In this document: piece after piece, positions 53,238-64,000 of the stretch
Numbering within the stretch: the first letter of the stretch is position 1
How the letters are laid out: the number at the start of each line of letters is the position of its first letter
Assembly: GCA_951406725.2 (NCBI GenBank)
Contig: OX597822.1
Coordinates: forward strand, 22,072,001 to 22,136,000
Direction of reading: 5' to 3'
DNA length: 64,000 nucleotides
Origin: Octopus vulgaris
Taxonomy: Eukaryota
Made by a program: the position numbers and the translations under genes
Notes under the pieces: model-generated
What the model saw: only the letters and a program-made list of their open reading frames with translations
Databases searched by the model: none
What the model was told of the DNA's origin: nothing

Positions 53238-54397
53238 ATACATGTGTGTGTATGTGTATTTACATATTACATATATGTGTAAAAAAATCTCATCACGCAA
53301 TTGAACCAATGAAAGAGCCTCTATCTGGTTGCTCGACACGCTGAAAATAGCAGCCAAAGTATCCCCCTACCTAAATCACACACATTGGATGCAATATCCT
53401 AGATTATCCCCAAAAAGACGGTTTGCTGAAGGCTGGAATACCTTTGATGATCAGTTAGCAGTATCAGGGTTGATTTGAGGCTGCACAACAACATTATGGT
53501 AAATTTTTACATTAACATCTGAAATAAAAAACAAAAAAATTTATTTTTTGCATAGAATTAAGTACTCTGACCTCCTAATATGCTGCAAATCCCTTATTTC
53601 GGTTTGGAAAAAATGATGTGGGTGGGGAGGCTCAATCCTGGAATCATTAGAAATTTTTTTTCATTGAATGAATTCATGTGACCTCTTAATATTGCAAAAT
53701 TAGGTTACTTATGGTGAGCCTGGTAACTGATGGTTTTGGAGTCTTGTTGTTTGTAACTTATGGTGAGCCATGGTGCAACCAACAACATGGTAAAAATCCC
53801 TGCCATTAATTTGGTGTGGATGGGTAATATCAAATAATTCAATCACAACATATATTTAAATTAAACATGAAAATTTGAAATATTATCATCACTTACATGG
53901 AAAAATTGAAATATTATCTTTCAGTATTTTAAAAGGTAAAATCTTAAATTATTAATTGACACATTATTAATTATCTTAATTATCTTATAACAGCAATGCC
54001 TGGAAAAATCATGGATTACATGGAAAAATGCAAGCATGCAAAGTAATATTCTTAAGATTACAAATCTGGAATAGTACAGGACAAGTTATTACACCTGTAA
54101 AAGTATAGGATAAGCTATTACTTCCAGTAAAGTAAAGATTAAGAAACTTTTTACTTAAAATATTGCAGCTAAAATTAAAATTTGAATATTAAAACTTATT
54201 TTATTATAGTTTACAAATAACTATATACTTATTTAAGTAGAATTTGGCTAATTTACTACCTTAAATACAGAAAAAAGTGATTAACTAAACAAACTTAGAA
54301 ATTAGCTGAACAGCTTTGTACAATAAATTTAAAGGATGAGAAATTTAAAGAGTGATAAATTAGAAGAACTGGCATTCTTTGCTGCAATATTTTAAGT

Positions 54398-54458
<61 letters not shown>

Positions 54459-54807
54459 CATATATTTGGATTTCAGAACAACCCGCTGTGCTTGAGGAGA
54501 CCTATTGAGTCAAGTACATGAACATCGAAATAAATATCAATGGAAATAGTAGTTGTGATACCTGTGCCGGTGGCACATAAAAAGCACCATCCAAACGTGG
54601 CCGATGCCAGCGCCGCCTTGACTGGCTTCCGTGCCGGTGGCACGTTAAAAGCACCCACTACACTCACGGAGTGGTTGGCATTAGGATGGGCATCCAGCTG
54701 TAGTCCAGATCGGACTGGAGCCTGGTGCAGCCTCCTGGCTTCCCAGACCCCGGTCGAACCATCCAACCTATGCTAGCACGGAAAACGGATGTTAAACGAT
54801 GATGATG

Positions 54808-54852
<45 letters not shown>

Positions 54853-54904
54853 TACATACATACATACATAAGATAGATAGATAGAGAGACAGACAGACAG
54901 ATAC

Positions 54905-54979
<75 letters not shown>

Positions 54980-55366
54980 TATATGTATATGTATATATTT
55001 ATGTGTGCGTGTATCTGTATATATATATGTGTGTGAGTATGTATTTTTATGCTTGGGGATTGTCATCTTTTGCCAGCAAACACACAAAATATTTATTTGT
55101 TCTCCACTTTAGCTTTATTATGTTGAGGAACAGGCAGGGCAAGATGAGACACATGGGACAGAGAGTCACTGAAGTGGTCACAGAATGTGACAAATAAGGT
55201 AAAATTAATTTAACAAAACTGAAGTGAATATCAAATAAATAGTCAGTGTGTTTCATTGGCTAAAGAGGACCATCCCAAGTATAACAACATCTGTTGCAGC
55301 ACTCAATTTCACATCTAGAATCTTGCAAAACAAAGACATAAATGTGTGTGTGCCTATGTATTTGTA

Positions 55367-55416
<50 letters not shown>

Positions 55417-55434
55417 CATATATACATGCATATA

Positions 55435-55473
<39 letters not shown>

Positions 55474-55487
55474 AATACATATATACA

Positions 55488-55568
<81 letters not shown>

Positions 55569-55584
55569 GCACATATATATATAC

Positions 55585-55635
<51 letters not shown>

Positions 55636-57693
55636 TATATACATATTTACATATGTATAATTATGCTTATTCATATGTGCGTATGTATGCATGTATCTCT
55701 ACTCCTTTAAAATTCTTAATACCTCCTTATGTACATTGTATAATACCTCTTACCACCCCTGCTACATAATTTGTAAACATGTTGTTTTTTTTCCAGCTGT
55801 GCATTGTCATTTATTTTTGCAACCCTTAGTGAAAATTTCATTTTTTTTCTTTGGTATCTTTTCAACCCTTTCAGGGTAATTATTATTTTCATCATTATTA
55901 AAGCAATGATGTGAGAAAATGGGTAACTACACAAGCTGTACAGTCAACATTTACCGCAAAATTTCAAAATATGTTATTAAAATGCCTGTTCTGAAAACAA
56001 TTTCACAAACACACCAAACAAGCGTTGTGGTAATGGCAGCAGTGGTGGTGGTGGTTGTGGTGGTGATGGTAGAAAAAGTGATTATGATGATAGTGATGGT
56101 GTAATGTTAATATTTATGAGCAATTTCTATGGTGATATTAAATGTGTTACATAATCCCTTTTTAACAGAAAAGCTAATAAAATACAAAGATGAGAGAGGG
56201 AAGTGGAAAATTTCTTTTTTTTTTTTCTTTTTCATTTTTGTTTCTGTAATTCAGCAATATTAAAATTTAGGGTTACTTTTTGTTTGATATTAATACTTGC
56301 CAATTTTCTTGTCCCTTTGCTGAGGACATCCTCAGCTATATAGCTACATTCATTGTTCAGAAAGATGGATAGATATTTATTAATATAGATGTAAATGACA
56401 AGCTGGGGTAAATAATTAAAGGCTCATGCTCATAGGGGTCGCAGTTATTTATATCAAATAAGTCAGTGTGTTTATGAATGAAGGTGTTGATAGCAAGGTA
56501 TCTGTAATTTACTGAATCTGTTTGGTTATTAATTTCTAACAGTTCTACCAATCTAAAACTCTGGATTAGTAATTTTTAATCATCTCTGATGGGATTGGGG
56601 ACAAAGTTGAGTTTAGGAGGATTTGAACTCAAAGCTCAGAGAATTGGAACAACTAGAACAAGGCATTTTAAATGATGTTATAACAACTTTGCCAATATAT
56701 AGTTCATGCAGGCATGGTTTGGATGGGTCATCAAATTCTGAGCCAGTTTATTTTGGAAGTTACTTCCCTCCCAAATGGATCAGAAAACCATGTCTTGGTC
56801 ATGTTTCATATTCAGTTTGGTTTCAACTGCTGGATGCTCTTTCTCATATCATCTCTATACTGTGTGTACTGATGCATTTTATTGTGGTACCAGTACAAAA
56901 CATTTGTCAAGACTAAATGGTCCATTCAACTTTATTCTGTCTCAGCTCATTCACTAATTACATTACAGTGTATAGAATAGTTTGTCTGTGCTTTTTCTTT
57001 TTTTTTATGTGGCATCAACACTAGAAAGATTGTTATGTTCCTCTCAACTTAATGTTGTCTCTGGTGCCTTTTACTCATTTCAATTATTTGGCTATGGCCT
57101 TCCTGGGGCACCACCTTTGAGGCTTTAGCCAATCATATTGCTCCTAGCACTTATTTCAATCTGCTGCTTACTTTATCAATTTCTATTGTCAAACCAACTA
57201 AGACACAGAACACAAAGAGAAACAATACGTAAAAAAATAAATAATATCAGTTTTAAACCAATGTGAATATCAATATGGACATGGATATAGACTCATACAG
57301 CGATATGCAGTTTCTCTTCATATCACAGTTACCCCACCCTACCCCACCTATTTGACAAAGAAAACTCTGATTAACTGTAGCCAATTATTTCATAAAACAC
57401 AGAGGAATTGAAAACCAAGTTGACTTCTAATCTGAGTGGATGACAACTGGTAGCCATAATGCTTTTCAGCATCTCTGCAACTATTTGGAAGAAATTTATA
57501 CTGATATCTAAGAACAGACTTGAATATTTGTGACCAAGTAAGCATACCTAAAACTACTGTAGCTTGGGAACTACCATTAAACTAAATGGCAAATTAAGTT
57601 TACATATTTAAGAATAAGAACAACCCCTTCAATAGGTTCCCATGCAGTTTTCATTAGAGAAATTTCACTCAAAAGGCTTTGGTCCATCTAATT

Positions 57694-58139
57694 GGAATTG
57701 GTTCTTGAAGTACATATAAAACTATAAATAATAGCATGCCATGCCTACGGGCAGTCAGTCTTCAACCTTTTCACTCCAAATCAATTTTTCAAGTCAATGT
57801 TTATTAGCTATTATTTATAGCTTAATTCTTTTATTGTTTTACTTGTTTCTGTCATTTGATTGTGGCCACGCTGGAGCACCATTTAAGACATTTATTCTAT
57901 CAGCACCATTTATTCTAAGAGTTCTTTTTTTGCTGAACTGCTGAGTTACAGGGACATAAACATACCAACACTGGTTGTTAAGCAGTGATAGGGGACAAAC
58001 ACAGACACAAGGACACACACTCACATATACATATACACACACACACACACACATATATATATACACACACACACACATATATATACACACACATATATAT
58101 ATACATACGCACACACATATATATATACACACAGACACA

Positions 58140-58213
<74 letters not shown>

Positions 58214-58416
58214 CACACACATATATATATGATAGGCTTCTTTCAGTTTCTGTCGACCAAATCCACTCACAAGGCTTTGGTCAGCCCAAGGCTACAGATG
58301 AAGACATTTGCCCAAAGTGCCACACAGTGGGACTGAACCCAGAACCATGTGATCAGGAGGTAAGTTTCTTACCACACAGCATGCCTGCATCAGTATATAC
58401 TTCAAGAACCAGTTCC
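57694..58416. mobile_element. Same TIR MITE family, copy 2 in opposite orientation, interrupted by a SINE (about 57825-58388, -)
   Basis: Termini GGAATTGGTTCTTGAAGTACATATA and TATATACTTCAAGAACCAGTTCC. The internal segment CTTCAAC...TTTTCAAGTCAAT is the reverse complement of the copy 1 interior. Confidence 0.7.
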
Positions 58417-60585
58417 AAAACTGAATTATTCTTTGTGCTGTGCATTGAGCTTGAAACCACATTAGTTTTGAAATATGTGGGGATCATCATTGATTACATC
58501 ATCACTCTCTATTCACATCAAATATCATTTAATTAATTTGCTAGTTGTGTTCCTCATGTCTGCAATGAGTGATTAAAACACAGCAGAGTTTAGTATGAGA
58601 TGAGACAATTTTTCTTGTTTTATAACCCACCTACTCAAGAAATGTGTGAGCAGATCTATGTCACAGAAATAATAAATAAAATATTTTGGGAGTACCTTAT
58701 AACACGAACATCTCTGGCTGTACCATGTTTCAATCTATGTTGGTATCATACTGAGTAATCCTTTGGGATATGATTAGTTATGTAGACTGTAGTATGAGAG
58801 TAGTATGCACACAGAACTGAGAATCCAAACAATAATATATTTTTATATTCTTTATATTTTCTGGTAGATTTAAGTGTAATTATCTTATTGCTGTTATTTT
58901 TTGTCATCAAAGAAAGTCTCTCTTTAAAAAATATGTGTTCATAACACACTCAGTTTGGCAGATTAAGGGACCTCTGAGAACACCATGGTGTTTCAACCTC
59001 ATTGTGTTTCTCAGTCGAAGCTACCCTACCAGACTGATGAATTTAGCAAGAGTCTGGGCCCTTGTGTATAGGAATTAGTAAACTATTTGCTGATGCATGA
59101 GTATGTTTACCAAACAGACAATAATTCATAGTGTGTATTGTGAACACACGCTGTCTAAAAGGATGAGGAGTTCTCCAAGGATATAAAAGAACAGAGGTCA
59201 CATATTCCTATTTCAATTTGTCAGAATGTGTTGAAAATGACTAGATATGTTATCGTCAATTGACTAAATTCCTGTGTTTGTTTTAATTGAACTTAGCATG
59301 TTGAAACATGTAGTGTTAAGGAAAAAAATTATAATTCTGTCAAATCATAGCCAAATACTTATTTACAAGAATTCATTTGCAAGATTCTTCATAAGCATGG
59401 CATAAATTCACTTATTGGTAATCATTTACCTTAGAGTGATTCTGTTAAACCCACATTAGTTTCCAAAACTATTTACTGCTGTGTTAATAATACAAAAAAA
59501 AACAACTTGAAAGTTAAAAACTATGCAATGAGGGAATCTATGCATTGTTCCTCAATAGCCACTAAATGTCTCTCAAAATACATTTCACCATACGAACAAA
59601 AGACTTAGAAACCAAAATATCATAGAGATGTTCATTACTGGAATGTCTTTAACCATAGATTTACTTCATCAGATCCAACTTGGGGTTAAATAACAAAACA
59701 AACTTTAAAGAATTGAATCAAACTTCACTTAAATCTGTCTGAAATAGGTATGATACATTGGATAATGTAGTCCTAGATACATTATGCCTAACAAAATAAT
59801 GAGATAGTCATGGCTAAAACATCTTTGTTTAGAAGTTACTAAATCATATTTGATCTGGAGCTAAAGAAAATAGCATATAGACTAATTTGCCCAACTATAT
59901 AGATCATTACACTTTAATATATAGACAAATATACCCTAGTATGTATAGACTAATTTTCCCACCTTGCTCATGTCTTTTCCATAAGTATTAATTTACAAAG
60001 GTTCAAGAGTGATGTTAATGGCATCCATCTCCTCAGTCTAAGAAGGCCTGCAAAAGCAATGGTCACTACATCTTCCTCCAGCCACAGTAAATAAATAAAA
60101 AATAAACTTCCAGTCAAATATAAAGTCTGAAGTTTCTCATGAACCAGTAGATGGTTATTGTATGTTCCTTATATCACATTGTATCAGAACTATCAAATTT
60201 CACTTTCATGTTGAAGATAAAACATTTATTTTTTCCCTTCTCTAAGTTTTACACAATTTCCTCATAGCTTTCTGCAGTCAACTCAAAACTTAACTCATAG
60301 CCGCACAATCCTTTTGTATATGATGAAAGTTTCTTAATGGCAGCACAAGAGTAAGACTCATTAGATTCAATTAAGCTGTAATTGCTCCAGTTCCTGGTTT
60401 CTATATAATATCGTAGCCTTCAACTCTAATCCTTTTGTACTGCTTCAAGCCAAAGAGATTTAAAGGTCATTAATCAGGAAAAGTATATATATATATATAT
60501 GTGTGTCTGTGTGTATGTATGTATGTGCATGTGTATATATATATATATATATCAGTTTGTGTTGGTACGTATGATACACATGTGC

Positions 60586-60636
<51 letters not shown>

Positions 60637-60982
60637 TATATATGTATATATGCAAATATATGTATGTTTATATTTATGTATTTATTTATGTATATATATG
60701 CATATGTATGTATATATGCATATGAATGTATATATATGCATATGTATATGAATGTATATATATGCATATGTATGCATATGTATGTATATATGTATATGTA
60801 TGTATATATATAAATATATGTATGTACATATGTATGTATATGTATGTATATATATATGTATATGTATGTACATATGTAAGTATATATACATATACATATA
60901 TGTATATAAATATGTGTGTGTCTGTATTTGTGTGTGTTTATATATATGTCTCTGTGTGTGTATATACATATATGTATATATA

Positions 60983-61032
<50 letters not shown>

Positions 61033-63389
61033 TGAATGAATGAGAGAGAGAGAGAGAGAAGCACTTCTAATGAAATGTGAACACATGATTTTTGTGGATG
61101 AAGACAACATTCCATCTATATTCCTTCACCTATTGTGTTATTTGCAAAAGAATTTGATGTCTAAATTGAAATAAGAGCAACAGAAATATAAAAGGAATTT
61201 AAAAAATAGTCTCTCAAACTGACAACCCTAGCAATTTGTTTGCGAAGAAAAGAAAGCTGTTAAGATGAAATATCATTGTAAATACTGTAATGAATTTATT
61301 TAAACCTATATTACTTTTCTGGACCAAACGGTTGTTTTCTTTCTTACTTTCTTTCTTTTTACTTTTTTCTTTTTCCTTTTTCTTTCTTTCTTTGTCTTTT
61401 TTCTTGTTGGCAGTTTTATCATCATTATTATTATTATTTTTTTATGTGAGGAAAACACTTTATGTCAGATTTTATTAGTGGAAGTCTAGACAAACTAGAT
61501 TGCTCTTTCAACTTGTCTGAACAGTTTTGCAGAATCATTGATTGTAACTTTTAAATCGGGTGTGGAGAAAGTGACTTTGATTGCTATAGTAACGATACAG
61601 ATAATAATAGAGGTATTAACAATAATGATAACCACAGTGACTATGACAATGATGATGATGACAACAACGATGATGGTGGTGGTAGTTGTGGTGGAAGCAA
61701 CAGTGGTGGTGGGTTTTGAGTTATTAAAGGTGGTGACAGTGTTGGTGGTTTCTTCTGGCTAGGCAACAGGCCAAATTTAGCAAAGGAGTGGGAAGTAGGG
61801 TAGGGTTTATAACCAATAGAATTAACCTGATACAATTACAAAATGAGTTATCATAATGCTGAATCTGTAAGGGATTTAAATCAAAGTTTGAGTCAAGCAT
61901 GAACTGGAATTAAAACAGGGAAACAAAAACCAAGAATTGCTAATGATTCTCGTCTCACTTGAACAAATTTCTTGCTTCAGTCCTTAAATTGTGGTCATAC
62001 TGGGGCACCATCTTGAATGAGCTCCAGTACTTTTTTTTTTAAAGCCTAGTATTTATTCTATTGGTCTCTTTTTGTCAAACTGCTTAGTTTTGAGAACATA
62101 AAGAAACTAACATCAGTTGCCATGTGTTGGTCAGGAGCAAACATAAACTCTCTCTCTCACACATGCACACACACACATATATACATACATACATGCATGC
62201 ATGCATGCATACATACATACACACATACACACACACACACACACATACACATACACACACACACACGCGTGTGCGCATGCATGTATGCACACACAGCAGC
62301 TGAAGCAGTAATAGTACCAAAAAATAAAATATTCACCACTTAAAGTAGATGTTGTGTTAGAACACATAAATACTGCAATATTTTTGCCAAGAGAGAAAAA
62401 CTCACATATGGTTTTTCGGTGCTTAAAATCACATCTAAGCTATTGCCAGCAGCAGACAATAACCACTACTTCCACTGTCAAGACTACCAGATCACATGAT
62501 TTTGGCCTATTTTGGCCTATGCAATGGCAGACACCTGACTGCTAGAAATAGTAGTAACTGCTGCACTAACAATATACATAGAAATACAGAGCCCAAACAG
62601 GCACTGCTGTTGCTAAAAGCCAGTGGGCTTAATAAAAAATATGTCAACAGAAGCAGTATTAATACCAAAAGCAGTATTTATACCAAAAGAGAAAACCTCT
62701 TATATGGTTTTTTGGTACATAAAAGCACATCATAGCTATTGCCAGCAGCAGGCAATCACTGCTACTTCTGTTGCCAGGTTCTGTCTATTAAGTCCACTCA
62801 CAAGGCTTTGATGGGCCTGAAGCTATAGTAGAAGATTCTTGCTCAAGGTGCAATGTGATGGACTGAAACTAAAACTATGTGGCTGGGAAGCAAACTTCTT
62901 ACCACACAGCCACACCATATACATATGATCACAAATATTTGAAGATCATAAGAAGTGTGGGACTGTGTCCAGTTTATCTTTTTTTTTCCCGCATTATTAA
63001 AAAAGTCGTATTAGTTTGAAGAAATTATAAATGAATATTAAAAACTGTTTGAGCCATAAAGTTTATTTGTATATTAAACATAAATTATAATGCTTAATAT
63101 TACAAGATTTGCTTCTGTTCTAAGTGTCAACTTCTGTTTGAATTTCATATGTAAACAAATAGCTTTTCTCTGCATTTGTAAAAAATGTAATAAAGTGAAA
63201 AAAAACAACAAAACAAGTGAGTAAATTATTTTAAAATGTAGTACGTAGTGCAAAAGCAATAATCCCTATCTAATAGAATTAAGTCTTCAAATTGTGTTAG
63301 ACTGTGGTCATGCTGGGTACCATCTTGAAATTATTTAGTCCATAATATCAAATCAAAATCATCAAAATCAAATCAAAATCAAAATCAAG

Positions 63390-63950
63390 ATCATTTTGAT
63401 GACTGGCATCTGTGCTAGCGGGGTGCAAAGAGCACCATATGAGTGTGATCATTGATAGGTTGACAGAGAGGCTATTCGAGTATGATCATTACCAGCGTCG
63501 CCTTACTGGCACTCATGCCTGTGCTAGTAGGGTGCTAAGAACACCATCCTAGCATGATCGTTGTGATCGTTGCCAGAGCAGCCAACTGGCTTCCGTACCC
63601 ATGGCATGTAAAAGGGCACCATTCGAGCGTGATTGTTACCAACGTCGCTTCACTGGCACCTGTGTCGATGGCACCTGTGTCGATGGCACCTGTGTCGGTG
63701 GCACCTGTAAAAAGATTCAAGTGAGGTCATTGCCAGTATTGCCTGACTGGCCCCCGTGCAGGTGGCACGTAAAAAGCACCCACTACACTCCCGGAGTGGT
63801 TGGTGTTAGGAAGGGCATCTAGCTGTAGAAACTCTGCCAGATCAAGACTGAAGTCTGGTGCAGCCATCTGGTTGCCAGCCCTCAGTCAAAACCGTCCAAC
63901 CCATGCTAGCATGGAAAACAGACGTTAAATGATGATGATGATGATGATGA
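63390..63950 (+). mobile_element. Retroposon with an RTE-type tail (CCAACCCATGCTAGCATGGAAAACAGACGTTAAA(TGA)n) and internal GGCACCTGTGTCG repeats
   Basis: The same tail occurs at about 320-375, 8690-8885, 24290-24480 and 54473-54810 (+), and at 35160 (-), where it terminates the RTE fragment. Confidence 0.8.
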
Positions 63951-64000
63951 ATATCATCTGCCAACACAATTTTTTGCATATGGTCAAATGTAAGTTGCAT

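Noticed and set aside
59024-59058. CCAGA-CTGATGA...GTCTGG hammerhead-like start within an old repeat shared with about 41030-41160
   Set aside because: No stem II or GAAA. It is only a short hairpin in a diverged, unclassified repeat.
60240-60350. Minus-strand peptide FELTAESYEEIV reminiscent of Bel/Pao gag
   Set aside because: Too short, interrupted by stops, and with no supporting LTR or pol sequence.

Overview
AT-rich, microsatellite- and repeat-dense eukaryotic DNA. The SINE families and (TA)n/(TAA)n content suggest an octopus or other coleoid cephalopod genome (inference). Most entries in the ORF track are microsatellite artefacts. The only host coding sequence I can support is two phase-0 exons (20470-20583 and 37262-37396, + strand) of an M1-family zinc aminopeptidase, so the whole window is probably intronic to this gene. 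The introns hold many tRNA-derived SINEs, a decayed RTE LINE carrying a SINE-in-SINE nest, further RTE and R4/Dong-like fragments, a decayed hAT transposase, piggyBac-like, mariner-like and unclassified MITEs, and a Helentron-type element. The most interesting layer is a set of Penelope-like (PLE) and retrozyme-like sequences carrying minimal type-I hammerhead ribozyme motifs (about 6480, 9150, 17580/18353 and 49630). These include a 469-bp hammerhead unit with 114-bp terminal direct repeats and a ~400-bp, ~96% identical inverted repeat about 2 kb upstream of the catalytic exon. All alignments, translations and folds were done by eye. Repeat boundaries are approximate unless a TSD or TIR is quoted.
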